A stretch of DNA of 64,000 nucleotides from Emiliania huxleyi CCMP1516 (taxonomy: Eukaryota). The first letter of the stretch is position 1. Each line of letters opens with the position of its first letter. Positions 30,515-43,033 of this stretch are shown here, piece after piece. Position numbers and translations under genes: made by a program. The notes below the pieces were generated by a model that had not been told where the DNA came from, ran no database searches, and saw only the letters and a list, made by a program, of their open reading frames with translations. The stretch lies in the NCBI RefSeq assembly GCF_000372725.1, contig NW_005202428.1:2890670-2954669 (forward strand), written 5' to 3'.

Positions 30515-31925
30515 GGAGAGAGAGATTTTTAGCAATACCTTAAAGAGAGGTTACGGCGGGGTAAGATCCGTTAGCGGGAGATCGGCGGGAGCTGCGGACG
30601 TTTCGAATTCGGCGGGCGCTGCGGACCGTTTCAGGTCTCTGCGCTCCCGTATGAGCGAGGCTGCCGACGCTGCCATGATCGAGGCTGCCGACGCCGATGG
30701 GCGGCTGCGCGACGACCCGCTGACGGACCGCCCCGTGGACGCGGCGGCGGCGGCAGAGCGAGAGAGATCGGCGAAGGCGGCCAAGCTTGCTGCGCAGACC
30801 GCCAACGCGATGGTCGCCGTGCAGGGGCAGCTCAAGTTGCGGGGACAGGCAGCGGACAAGGCCGCGCACGACCAATACCAAACAACTCTAACACTCACAC
30901 GTCATTTGGGGCCTGGAGCCCTGTTCACGCGCGCGCGAGACGTGCAGACAGGGTTGCCAGGTGAGAGCGAATGGCGCGGTTCACGCCTCGCACAACAGAG
31001 AGAGAGATACGCTCTGCATGGTGGGACATAAAAGAGAGCGAGTACTTGGGCGAGTAGGCCGTGCGGTCGACGCTGCCGCGCGCGACTTTGCGCGCGAGGC
31101 GGCGCAGCTTGAGAACGGCGGTGGGCGAGAAGCCGCCGCCGAACGTCTCGTGGAGCAGCAGGTTGAAGTTGTTGCGCTTGACAAAGATCGCGTCGTGGTA
31201 GAAACCGCGATGCGCCTTGACGTAGCCGTGGCCGGTCTTGTGGGAGAAGGGTTGGCCGGGCTGCCCGCGCGCCTTGCAGCCCATGTTTAGGCGGCGGGCC
31301 TTCTCCTCGGTGTTGCCGAAGGCGTAGGAGTGGCCAACGGAGGCGGGCGTGCCGCCGCTCGAGGCGTTGCCAACGCCCGCCGAGGAGGTCTTGAGGAGGG
31401 GCGTCCAGAGCTTGACTTCTTTCACCTCATCGCATCCTCCCGGGCCAGCGTGGGGTCCGCGAGGTCGACCTTGTACCCCTTGTTGTACTGCCGGGTGAGC
31501 TCTGGTTTCTCCTTGTCACCGTGCACGACCGGCGCGTTGGCCGGGGCGCGCATCGCGTCCGCCCAGGCGGCGAGGACGCCGTCGTGGGGCCGCCGGTGGT
31601 GGGCCTTGTTGTAAAGGTAGTCGCCGAAGAAATCGACTGGCATGCCCCGCTCGAGCGCGACCCGAAGGGTGGGAAGCGCCACGGAGAGCCAAAGGCCGAG
31701 CTTCCGCTGGAGCTCGTCCTGGAGGGTGTCGGAGGAGAGGGCGGTGGCGTACGTGCCGTCGACACGCACACGGACATCGAGGGCCTTGCCGGCGAAAGGC
31801 GTTGAGGCGGAGACGAAGCGCGCGGCTTCGCGGTTGTTGACGGCGCTGTCTCCGAGGGACGGGTTGTTCTTGACGTGCACGTCCCGCGCCTTGACGAGCT
31901 CCTGGTGCGCGTACCAGTCTTGTGA
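30515..31925 (-). mobile_element. CRE-like (RLE) non-LTR retrotransposon 3' portion (family A) with (TC)n tail
   Basis: LQRKLGL...DFFGD...RPHD...KVDL...EVK...HETFGG...ERISLSVVRG; frameshift near 31425; 3' UTR ending GGTATTGCTAAAAA(TC)n, split by an insertion. Confidence 0.75.
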
Positions 31926-32468
31926 TTCTTGATGGCAGCGAGCGCCCGCGGCCGCGGGTACGTGGATTTGCAAGTGCCATTGAGAATCGCGTCGGTAGCT
32001 GGAAGGGACTCGGGCTCGGGGAGCGGGACGCTCTTGGGGTTTTGTTTTGTGGTGGGGTGGGGGTGGGGGTGGGGGTTTAAAAAACCGCTTCACTCGCGCG
32101 GGAGACGGCGCGTTTAGCCGCGAACGGGGCCATGCCAGACGTGTCGCCTGCGGCTGGGACGCCAGCCGAGACGGGTGCGGCGCCGCCTGTTCACAGAGGC
32201 GAAGACTTAAGCACTCCTTATCAGCTGGTCGGCCGCCATGTGGGCCTCCGGGCCTGCTGCGGCGGCGCGGCCGGTTGAGGCCGGGCTCGGCCCGGCCCGC
32301 GACGGCTGGCCGCCGACGAGCGCGCTCGCGCTGCTCGTCAAAATGGCGGCGGTGTCGATTGCGGCGACAAAAGTTCAGGCGTACAGCGCTCAGGCGCCTG
32401 TCGTCTTTCGTCTTTTGTCGCATTTCGCACACGCGCGCGCCGCGCGACCCGCGTCGCTCCGCGAGGGC

Positions 32469-32963
32469 ATGAGCCTTCCGCGATTCGATCCCGCAGCCAA
32501 AAGCTGCTCGCTCGAACCGCGGCCGACTCTACCACCGCGGCCGCAGCTGTTGAGCTCTCCAGAAGACTGGTGCCTCATATGCTGCCTCCCTGCGGATGCT
32601 GCCGGCGAGCCTGGCGGTCCGCTGTACTACAAGGAAGTGCCGACTCGATTCTACCTCGAATTCTTCTACCCCAACGACCCCACGAACGAATGTGACAGGA
32701 CCATCGGGTCCTTCGGCCACCAAAGCGAGATCACCCGAGAGCAGCTGAGCCTGCCTCTGGCCTCGCCTCCCTCTCCTCCAGGCATTCGTGGCATCCTATG
32801 GGTCGTCCAGAGTATCGACCTCTGGCTTGTCAGCCGGTCACTTGATGACACCATGAAGTACAGCGATCGCCAACTCGCTGGCCTCTCCGCAGGCCCCCCC
32901 GACCGCGTCGAACTCATCGGCGCGGGCTCTCTCGGCTACGGGACCGGCCCCAGCTTCGGCTGA
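32469..32963 (+). CDS. Repeat-borne hypothetical protein; disrupted inverted copy at 52167-52585
   Basis: PGGPLYYKEV...DRTIGSFGHQSEITREQLSLPLASPPSP occurs in both places; followed by GAATAC subterminal-like repeats at 33129-33260. Confidence 0.5.
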   Translation: MSLPRFDPAAKSCSLEPRPTLPPRPQLLSSPEDWCLICCLPADAAGEPGGPLYYKEVPTRFYLEFFYPNDPTNECDRTIGSFGHQSEITREQLSLPLASPPSPPGIRGILWVVQSIDLWLVSRSLDDTMKYSDRQLAGLSAGPPDRVELIGAGSLGYGTGPSFG

Positions 32964-33499
32964 GGGCTAACAAGCTGCCGAGCCCAAATCACTGCGAGAG
33001 TCGTGATTTCTTGTTGGTCTTCAAAAATCACACAGAGGCGAGAGGGCTCAACGGGTATTTTTCGCTTCGCTGCGCGGCCCCGCAAAATCCTACTCTCTGA
33101 ATTCGCGGAGCGAAGAAAAATTTATACGGAATACGTCGCTTTTTGGGCCTCGTTTGGAATACGTATTCTGGAATACGTATGGAATACGGCCGGAATTACT
33201 GCCAATACGGGTAGAATACAGCCCTAGGAGGGGTCGATTGGAAATACGTGGAATACGTATTCAGAGAGAGAGTAGGCCCGCAATAGGTAGGTGGGTGGGG
33301 CACGGAGCCTGGCGGTTGGCGCCCGCAATAGGTAGGTAGGTAGGGCGTTTTGGCGCGACTCAGTGGGAACAGACCCCCCTATCTGGCTAGGAGCCGGAAC
33401 CCTGGCAACAGGCTTAAAATCCCTGTGTGGTGGTACACCACTGGAGCGAAAAAGAAATTACATCTCATCAGACGCCGGCGGTCGCACTTCTTTTTTAAG

Positions 33500-33733
33500 G
33501 AAGAAAGAAAGAAAACATACAGCCCAAGGGAGGGATGGGAGGACGGTACGCCGCCACCACACAGGGATTTTAAGGAGAGGAGTGTGGTGGTGGTGGTGCT
33601 AGCCGTCGCCCACCCTTGGGAGTCTGCCTCTTCCTATCTCTCTTCTCAGTCCCTCGCCGATTCTCGCTGCAACCTTCATGCCACCTCGCGGTCGTCCCAC
33701 TCTCGTCGTTCTCCTTCCTGTCGCTTCATCCTG
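33500..33733 (-). mobile_element. RVGDG*/(TTTC)n-tail retroposon end
   Basis: Family sequence; ORF remnant ...GMKVAARIGEGLRREIGRGRLPRVGDG*. Confidence 0.8.
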
Positions 33734-34125
33734 AAAAAGAAAGAAAGAAAACAACAACGCAAACGAGGGATAGATAGATGGGGGAGGAGGACAGGGTCCA
33801 CACCTGCACGAGCAGGATTTTGGAAGGACGCGCGGTGCACGGTGGAATCCCAACTCCACTGGTGGTCTCATCAGTCAGTCTAGCGACCTTCCTCCGGCTT
33901 CTCACCGGCAGTCTCTCACTACGGCCCGCCACAAGGACCCCAGGAATTGCGACTCGCCGCTTTCCTCCCGCTGTGATTCTGTGTGAGCTCTGTGTCTTGA
34001 TTTGCCAACAATACACCTAAAACACATCCTGTCGCGTGGCTACTCAGGCATCAAAGTTCTTTGTTGAGTCTACGGATCGCCCTCCACACCGGAGGGCGGC
34101 GAGCTTCGGTCCTGCACGCACCGAG

Positions 34126-36785
34126 ATGGAGCCGCAGTCTCCCGGCGGTGCTGGCCCCTCGCGCGGGGCGACCACGCACACGCCGGACGGCGCGTACAAG
34201 TTCGAGCTCGGGCCGCTCGGCGCGCTCGGCTCGGGCGCGCACGGCGTCGTGCGGCTTGCGCGGCATGTGGAGTCGGGGGAGATGGTTGCGATCAAGGTGA
34301 TGCCGACGGCGGTGATGGGGGCAGTGGCCAAGGAGCTGGTCGCGATGGCCAAGGTGGACCACCCCAACATCGTGCGGCTGTTGGGCACGCAGGTCGACCT
34401 CGACCGGAAGCGGGTCTACATGGTGATGGAGCTCTGCCAAGGCGGCGAGCTCTTTGACCGGATCGCCGAGTGCGGCAAGCTGGAGGAGGACCAGGCGAGG
34501 CAGTACTTGGTGCAGATGGCGCTCGCGATCGAGCACTGCCACGGGCTCAACGTCTACCACCGCGACCTCAAGCCTGAAAACATTCTCCTCTCGCAGCAAG
34601 ACCGCGTCAAGATTGCAGACTTTGGCGCCGAGAGAAGCGCCGGGCGGGGAGAGGGGATGCGCGCGGCGGGGTGAGTCGGCCCTCGCTCTCTGCGTAGGCC
34701 TCGCCGCGATGGTCGGCCAGGTGCGCGAGGACGCCTCCTTCCTGCGGCACACAAAGTGCGGCTCGCTCATGTATGCCGCGCCAGAGGTGCTCGTCTCGGA
34801 CGCATCGCGAGGGTACGACGCGGCCAAGGTGCTGCAGCTCACCAGACCGGGTGGGCGGGCGTCACCCGCACCCGCGCCCGCACCCGCCGCCTCACCCCGG
34901 CTCTAGGCCGACATCTGGTCGCTCGGCGTCATCCTCTACTCGATGCTGTCTGGCGCGCTGCCCTTCCAGGCGCGGCGGGCACCGACGCGCCCAAAGTGGG
35001 GAGGGAGGGAGGAGGGGAGAGGGGAGAGGGGGTTGCAGAGCGCGCGGCAGCTGCCGAGCGCCGCCGCCCCCTCCGCCACCGCCGCGCAGGTCGCCAACGC
35101 GCGGAAGTGCACGCGCTATGCCGTCGTCGAGGAGCGCGGCGCGGCGGTCCTCGCTTCAGGGAGATGCGCGCTCACCGTCGCTTGTGTCTCATTACAGGAG
35201 CGAGGCATGGCGGTCCTCTGCGACGCGTCCGGCTTCTCGGCCGACGCGAGCAGCATCCTCGTCGCGATGCTCGAGCCCAACCCCGCCCGGTACGCTCCCT
35301 AGCACACCCCCTCCCCCGACGCCTCCTGCCCTCCCCTGACCCTTCCCCACGAGCTCTTCTCCCCACGAGCTCTTCTCCCCACGAGCTCTTCTCCCCACGA
35401 GCTCTTCTCCCCACGAGCTCTTCTCCCCACGAGCTCTTCTCCCCACGAGCTCTTCTCCCCGCGAGCCGCCTCTCCCACGCCCTCCCCAGAGCCGCTCCTC
35501 CTCACCGAGCCCTCGCCCCGCAGCCGCCTCTCCGCCAAGGGCGTGCTCGCCGCCGCGTGGGTCGCCGCTGCTCGCCCAGAGAAGCCGACCCGCGCGGTCC
35601 CGCCCGCCGAACCGCCGCAAACCCGAAAGTGGTCTGTCGAGCTCGGCGACAAGACCATGGACAAGGCAGACAAAGTGGGCAAGGCGACCGGCGCCGAGGC
35701 CGGCGCGGACCTGGCCGGGGAGGAGGGCGGCACGCCCAAGCGGCGGCGCAGCGGCAGCGAGGCGGAGGCGGCGGCCAAGCGGCAGGCGGCCGGCGACGAG
35801 GCGGCGGCGGAGAGTGCGCGGGAAGGGGCCCTTGCCACGCGCTGATCGACGCCCCCCCCCCCCCCCCCCGTCCCACCCCGTCAGGCGACGAGCCCGCGGC
35901 CTGCCCCCGCGCTGCTCGGCGCCAACGATGCGCCAGAAGAGGTCCCGCCGGGCGTCAACGGCGTGCTCGTCCGCCCGCTGCTGGGCTGCTTCTAGGAGCC
36001 TTCTAGGAGCCTTCTAGGAACGTTCTAGGCATGCTCGTCCGGTCGCTGGGCTGGGTGCAGCTCCCCGAGGAGAAGGAGAAGATGGTCGGCGATGTGGCGA
36101 GCGCGCTGGACTCGATGGGCGTCAAGTACGAGGTTGCACTTCCTAGACTCTTCCTAGACACTTTCTAGACACTTCCTGGACTCGATGGGCGTCAAGTACC
36201 CTGTTGGCCACGCTGCGAGGGGCTCGCCCCCAGCAGCCTCGCGCGAGCCGCACCGGACCCTTCCGCCAGGTGGTCAAGGGCGAGCTGACTGACGTCGTGT
36301 GGGTGGGGGGGGAGGAGCCGACGCCCGAGGTGGCCGCCGCCAGCCACATCAGCCGCAGCAGCAGCAACGAGCCGCCCGCCGCCGAGGCTGCAGACGCCGC
36401 GCACGCGGGCAGCAGCAACGGCGGCGCGGCGGGCAACGGCAGCGGCGGCGATGTGCCGGCTGGCCGGGGCAGGGGCGAGAGCGGGCCGGCCGACGGTGAG
36501 GGCGGTGGGAAGGGCGGAGGCGGCGCCCCTGCAGGCGCCGCGCTCGAGCTCGAGCCGGCCTCCCCGTCAAAGTACTCGGAGGGCAGGCTGTGCGTGCGGA
36601 TCCGCGTCAACCCGTCCGCCGAGGACAAGTCGGAGGTGCACATAGACCGGCAGGCGGGGGACGTGCTTCAGTTCCACTCCTTTTACCGCGACGTGCGCAA
36701 CCAGCTCGCCGGAGCGAACGGGTGGGTGGAGAACCACGGCCGGTACGAGCACGAGGTCTTCCCGAGTCAGGCGGACTTCAAGTGA
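34126..36785 (+). CDS. Ser/Thr protein kinase, CAMK group (SNF1/CIPK/Chk1-like), with possible KA1-like C-terminal domain; multi-exon
   Basis: LGSGAHGVV, VAIK, HRDLKPEN, DFG|L, TKCGSLMYAAPE, ADIWSLGVILY; introns 34625-34697, 34829-34906, 34970-35089 and others. Confidence 0.9.
35345..35462 (+). repeat. Intronic 16-bp minisatellite (CCCCACGAGCTCTTCT)n
   Basis: About 7 exact copies. Confidence 0.9.
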
Positions 36786-37254
36786 GGCGGCGGAGAGGAT
36801 GGGGGGCGGGCGCCGCCCCCTCTGCCGTGCCCGGGGGGGGGGGGGGGGGGGGGCCAACCTGGGTGCCCCTCCCCCCGTACCCCCCGAAACCTCGGAAAGT
36901 TCGGGGGGCTCCCCCCCCTCTCCGGGTTGGAATGTACCCCGGTTCCCCTGGAAAGCACTGAGTCCAAACCTGCCCTCCCTTTTTTTTTGATTCCCCCCCA
37001 AAAGCCCCCCAGTCAAATCAAACACCCCCCCCTTTGATTTTTTTTTTCGAAAAAAATTTTTTTTTGCCCTTTGAATTCAATTTTTGCAAAATTTTTCCTG
37101 CCAAGGGGCCGGTTGCCCCGCTCCCTTTTTTACCTAAAAATTTTTTCCCATCCCTGATTGGGCTCGTCTCGCCCTCCGGGGGGCCCATGGGGGGGAAATC
37201 CCCCTCCTTTCCCACCAAGAAAAATGGCTTGGCCCCTAAAACGGGGCTGTCGCC

Positions 37255-40230
37255 TCAATCGATCTCCATTGTGGAGGGCCGCTGGGCTTGCAATGCCTGC
37301 CGGTCATCGTCCCCGAAAAAGACGTGCTCGAGCTTTGGCGCTGAGGGTCGGGCGAGCGTCGGCGTCAAGCTTCGCACCACCTCCCTCGCCTCGTTCCACC
37401 ATGGCGCAGTGCAGCCGCTCAGCATCTGCTCTGCAAGCGAGGGCGGCCGCGCCGGCGCCGGTCGTTCCGCCGGTCGAGGCCTTGCTACGCCTCTCACACC
37501 AGCTCCCGCATCGATGGCGACGCCTGAGCTAGCCTGGGGGGCCACCACCGGCGCCACGCCAGACGAGCACCGCCCTGCAGACGGCTTCCCGAGAGGGCCT
37601 GCCGTCGCGTCCATCGCCGCCGAACCCCCGGCGGCGGCGGCGGCGGTGGCGGCCGCCGCCGCTCGCTCCGCGGCGGCGGTTGCGGCGGCCATGTCTGCTG
37701 CCAAGCGCTCCGCGACGTCCGCCGCCGCCTTCTCGGCGGCCAAACGCGCCGTGTGCTGCGTCTTCGCCCTCTCCGCCGACGTGCGGACTGCCTGCGGAGA
37801 GGAGGCGAGGCGCGCCGCCTGGCTTGCGATGCGCTCGGCCAGCGCACTCGTGCGCGCCTCCGCCGCCTCGATCTCGCGCACCAGCGACGAGCGGTCCGCG
37901 GCGCGCGCCTTCGCACGCTGGGCCTCCCACTCCGCCGTCTCCCGGGCGACGCGTGCGAGCTCGGCGGCTCTCCACGCCTCCACCTGCCGCAGGGAGGGGG
38001 AAACAGTCTGGGGAGGGTGTCGGGAGGTCTGCCCGCCCCGCCTCGCCTCCGCCTGCTGCAGCGCGCCCGACTGCTGCGAAAGCGGGCTCGGACCGGGCAG
38101 CGCCTTTGCCGCTCGGCTCGGCCCGCCCGCCGCAGCCCTGTCGCTCGGAGGGCGAGCAGCGCGCTGCTCGGAGGCGGAGGCGCGAGCCGCCTCCATCCGC
38201 CCGTGCCGTGTGTCCACCCGCCCGTGTCGTTCCACCCGCCCGTGCGCCCGCGCCGCCTCGACGCGCCAATGCGCCCCGACCCGCTGCGGCGCATCCTCTG
38301 TCGGCACCGCCTCTTCCCGCGCCGCCTCTGTACCGTGCCCGACTGCCGCAGCCTCTGCCGCCGCCGCCTCTGCCGCCGCCGCCTCTGCCGCCGCCGCCTC
38401 TGCCGCCGCCGCCTGCGCAGCATTCGCCGCAGCAACGCGAGCCCCCTGCGCCGCCACCGCCGCTGCCTCGGCCTCCACCGCCGCCGCCGCCTCCGCCGCT
38501 GCGAGACGAGCGTTGCTCACTCTGGCGTGGGCCTGCTTGTGGCGTGCGGCCGCCTGCAGTCGAGTTGCCGAACGGGCTGCCGCTTCCCGCGCCGCCGCCG
38601 CCGCCGCCGCCTCGGTGTGGCGGCGCTCACAGAGGTCGGCCTCGGCAAAAGTTAGGCCGCGTCGGCGGCAATGGCTGCACGCCCACACCGGCCTTCTCTG
38701 GCACGCCTCGCACTCGCAGCTGCCTAAAGACGCACTCCTCTCCCTTAGAAGTGGCTGCAGCCTCGGGAGTTGCGAGGCAGCCACGGGTGCGCGCTGTCAT
38801 GAGCCGTCGCAGCCTCCGCCTTCGCCGTAGACCCTGCCTCCGCCGCATCCTCCGCCATCGCTGCCGCCTCCGCCATCGCCGCGGCCTCCTCCTTCGCCGC
38901 GGCCTCCGCCGTCGCCGCAGCCTCCGCCTCGGCAGCCTGTGCCGCTGCGGGCGGCGCGGCTACCCCGCCCGCACTCGCGCCTCCCAAAGGGGCGAGACAT
39001 GTCCGAGACATGTCCCGCCGCTGGACCCGCAGGAGCAGCGCGCCGTGCGTCGCGCGGAGCTGCTCTGCGGCCGACCGCCCGTCCGTGCAGCTCACGCCAG
39101 AGATGGAGATGAGCCGGTCGCCGGCGAGCAGGCCGGCCGCCTCGGCCTGCCCTCCGGCGGCGAGCTTGCGGATGAGCGGCGGGCGGCTCCCGTCCTGCGG
39201 AGAGGCTCGGGCTCGGATTGGGGAGGGGGGGGGGGGGGGGGCTTTGTGGCTCTCAGGGTGTCGCCTTGGAGGGTGGGTGTTTGGGGAGGGCCGCCCGCGC
39301 TGCCTGCACAAAGGAGACGCCGAGCCGGTCTGCGGAGGAGGCCTTGTGCACGGCGATGGTGAGCTCGCGGGGGGAGTCCGGCGAGGCGGCGGCCGGCGGG
39401 ACCGGCGCCTCCAGCCTGGCGGCGAGCAGCCGAGCCGCCGGGCTGCTCGCCGGGTTGCCCTGGGCCGGGGCGGGAGCCGAGAGCCGCAACAGGTTGCCCG
39501 CGGCAGACTGCAGCCACTCTGGGAGCGAGTCTCCGCCCGCGGCGGGAGCAGTGCCGTCCGACGAGAGCCGCGAGCGCGGCGTCGTTGCCGCAGACGGCGG
39601 CGACTCGACCGCCGCCGAGCGCAGCTGCGCCGGCGAGTCGAGGCCGGCGGCCGCCGAGCGGAGCCACGAGGGGGCATCCGAGCCGCAAGAGTCGCAGTGG
39701 TCGGGAGGCGGCGGCCGAGCACGCGGCGGCGTGGAGGGCGGAGAGATCGCCGCGTCGGCGAGCCGCGCCCCACCAGCCGGCTGGCGGGCTGCGCGCCGCC
39801 ACGCACGGAGCGCGCGGCGGCGGCTCGAGCACCAGAAGAGGTGCGCGCCGACCAGCTCGAGGCTGGCGGCCCTGCTGCGCCTTGCCCACGCATGGAAGGC
39901 GTAGGCGACGTCTCCGACAGCCGCAAAGGTGAGCACCGCGGCCACCCGCCGCCGCTGCTGGTTGTGGCGCCGCCAGGCAAACCAGGCCGATCGCAGAGCC
40001 TGATGTCGCGCAAGGCTCCCGGCCGCGACGGCCCGCTCCAAGTTGGCCGTCAAGCTAGACGCACGCTCGCCGGCCGGCGAGCCTTGTTGCAGCATCGGCG
40101 TCGCGGCGGAGTGTGCGCCGAAGCTGGCCTGGCACATGCGGCGCTACGCAGCGCTGAGGAGCGCGGCGTCAGCGTCCTGCGGTAGCAGTACTGCCCTCCG
40201 CCGCTCTGGCGGCCGTCCCACAGAATTCAT
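37255..40230 (-). CDS. Protein with Sfi1-like Trp repeats, PDZ domain, IQ motif and Ala-rich coiled coil; spliced, start uncertain
   Basis: ALRSAWFAWRR / AYAFHAWARR / RRALRAWRR; RLGVSF|...IRKLAAGGQAEAAGLLAGDRLISISG; ATRLQAAARH. Confidence 0.6.
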
Positions 40231-42139
40231 GACTGGTTCTTGGATACTCGTAGCTCCGCGGACGGGCCCCTCCACCCTTCATGTACGTACGTACTTAGCT
40301 TACTGGGAGAAAAGAAAGAGGGCGTTGTGTTCTCTAGGCCCCTAAGGGCCCTACGCGCGGCGTGAGAGCTCGGAAGCGAGCTTTGCACGAAAGGAATGTA
40401 CACAGCCGCGGAACCACTACTCATCAGCCTCACAGCCTCGCCTCGAATCTGATCCATCCATGCACTCGCGGTACATACAGGCCCGCCCGGGCAAGCAAGG
40501 CGTGCCGCAGGGCCGTCCCGCGTGGCTGGGAGGGTCCCAGAGGCGGCCCGATCCGGGCACCGATGGCTTCAGGGACATGCCGGCCCCAGACGAGTCGCCG
40601 ATGACGCTCACGCTCAACGTCCGCAAAGAGCGCCAAGTTCTTTGAGGTGCAGCACTCGTTCCAGCAGCCTCTCAAGGCGCAGCCTACAAGCTCTTTCAAG
40701 GTGGCATGACGGAGCTCTGCTGTTCGGGATGCCTCGCGCTGCAGGCACGGACACCCCTGCCCCTGACGCTCCCCTCGTGCACGTGCGCATTGTCCTCTGA
40801 ATGCTGCTCATGACGTGCAGCTCTGGTACCTCGCAGGGGCTCGAGCGCAGGGGCAAAACAAGTACCAGAGCAGTGAGAACCCCGCTTACGAGCCGGGATC
40901 CCGCGGGTACACCATGATGAACGGAGCGGGGTACGGTCAACCTCAGGAGGATCAGAGGAGGATTGTTTGTAACCTCAGTCCTTTGGCGCACGTGGGGGAA
41001 AAGTCTGTGTCTGAGCTGAAGAGCGCTGCGCTCTCCGTGCGCACCAGGCACGGAGATTGTTGACGTGCTTGAGACTCGAGAGCTCGACACTGCTCCAGGA
41101 GCACAGGACAACTGTGATGATTGTGCTGAAAGAGTGATAAGTGTGCCGACATGTGTGCCGAGAGAACACAGCGAGTGTGAGAATCGAGACACGCGTAAGG
41201 GCAGCTCTCGCACCCGAGCTCACCCCTCTTGAAAGCTCTCGCACGCCTCCTGGGCACCTCGCCCGCCAGGCTGATAGAACATGTGGGCATACATCTCTCG
41301 GAAAGCAGCTGCAGCTGCATTCACTCGCACCGAGAGGCGCTTCACGGCATTCCATCGTCGCTGGGCTCGCTGTCGAAACAGAGCAGCATCGTGTAGAGCG
41401 ACATACTGCACTGCATCCTTGGTAACGTACTCCACGAGTTGTACGATGCCCGGGACGTAGAAATAATGGCACGTGGCTGCGTGTCTGTCGACTGCGCCAG
41501 CAATCGGATGTCGCGCATACAGTTCTGGGCACGAGGCGGCTGCACCAGTACCGCCCAGACGATCACGACTGGTCGGCCTGCGTAATTGATGAACAGGCTG
41601 AGCGACACACAGCCGCCGACGGCTGTGTTTTGTATGTACCGTGTAAACATTGTCGGCATTGTTGGGTGCATCTACGTCCCGAATGGTGAGCTGGACGAGA
41701 ACTCGGGCTTGGTCTGCACCTACTGCGGACAACGAGAGATAAATACCGAGGCACGGGCACAATCGTGTAGCAGTCCTCTGTGGCGGCGTGGCATTGCCTA
41801 CGTGGCCGTCGATGGCGTGTCTCGCATGTCGCATCCATTGGAGCTGCTGCCATCAACTGGCTGCCCACGTGCGCCCGCCGAGGCAGGCGCGACGGCGTCG
41901 AGGGATCGGCTATTTGCGGCCGGACGAGTGTAGTTACGAGAACGGAGTGCTGATGAGTTGTGAGAGATGCGTCGGTTCTGCGCGAGGGCACTCTGGGACG
42001 CAAGCGCAGAGCATGTGGTTCCCACAATCGCTGTCGTGGGATCGCTTGTCATGTGAGGAGGAGTGCGTTGTGTTCTTGTGTTGTCCGCTTTATCTCTTTG
42101 GATGTATCAAAAGAAGAAAAACCGAGCGCACCTCGCTCA

Positions 42140-42403
42140 ATGAAGTCACTCTTCCTCGCCTTTCTCTGCCTCATCGCCGCCGCGAGTGGCCTCACGCTGT
42201 CCGCGCGTGCGCCCCCGGCAACCCTGCGCCGCGTCGGCGCCGCCGTGCGCATGGAGGCGGCCCCGACGGAGGAGGCGCCGAAGGAGGAGGCTGTCAAGCC
42301 CAAGCCAGCGCCCGCGCCCAAGCCTTCGGGCCCCGACTTCAGCAAGATGGACGACCCGTGGGGCAAGCGGACGGTCGCGGTCACGCACGACAACAGCCGC
42401 TAG
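42140..42403 (+). CDS. Very small putatively plastid-targeted protein (3' end may be spliced)
   Basis: Signal peptide MKSLFLAFLCLIAAASG-L, transit-like peptide ending AVRM, short mature part ending DDPW. Confidence 0.6.
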   Translation: MKSLFLAFLCLIAAASGLTLSARAPPATLRRVGAAVRMEAAPTEEAPKEEAVKPKPAPAPKPSGPDFSKMDDPWGKRTVAVTHDNSR

Positions 42404-43033
42404 ATTCGCCTCGGCCGCGCACGGACACGACAGCGCTAGAATGGGCGCGTCAGCGGAGTTGCGCTGCTGCGCCTCGTCTCAATTCAGGCGCGTCTCGCGT
42501 CCCATCCGCGAGCCCAGACGCTTCGGTTGCGACGCAGGTGATTCACCGGGTGTCTCTTCCCGGGCGTGCCCCTCGCTCAGCTGGTGTGCTGTTCCGTGTG
42601 TTATGTCCGTGTGACGGCCCCCTGGGCCGCGTTTTCGTTTTGTTTAGGCGAGGGGTCTCCGAGAGGATACGAATGCGATTCATGATAGTTGGCGTGCGAC
42701 CCGCAAGCTTTTATGCCATCGTTGGACAATTTTGCACAGCAGACTGTGAGAGAAGGACACACGGCTCACGCGCGGAGCTCGCCCAGCTCGCGGCTCGCGC
42801 GGGGCCCCGCGCGGTTGGGGGAGACGAGGTTAGAGGCTGCGCTGTGCTCCCTGCCTCGAGGGAGGGTGCCACCCAGCGGTGAGCTCAGCTGGGCGAGCCA
42901 CGGCAATCCGCTATTATCGACACGTATCGCTTCCTCAGCCCAAGAGGCGTGGGGAGCAGAGTCGGTGGAGAGAGCGCAGGATGTGGAGATGAGGAACGAT
43001 TGGAAGAAGAGGGGACGGGGAGAGGGCGGCAGG

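Larger units (their letters stand above)
30390..33404. mobile_element. hAT-like MITE ends separated by about 2.8 kb of nested insertions
   Basis: GGGTTCCGGCTCCTAGCCAGATAGGGGGTCTGT at 30390 and its reverse complement at 33369-33402; GCAATAGGTAGGT motifs in both halves. Confidence 0.75.

Noticed and set aside
36830..37250. Homopolymer-rich AT/GC stretch and the 598-aa plus-strand ORF starting at 37034
   Set aside because: It looks like low-quality read-end sequence; the ORF is the antisense shadow of the minus-strand gene.
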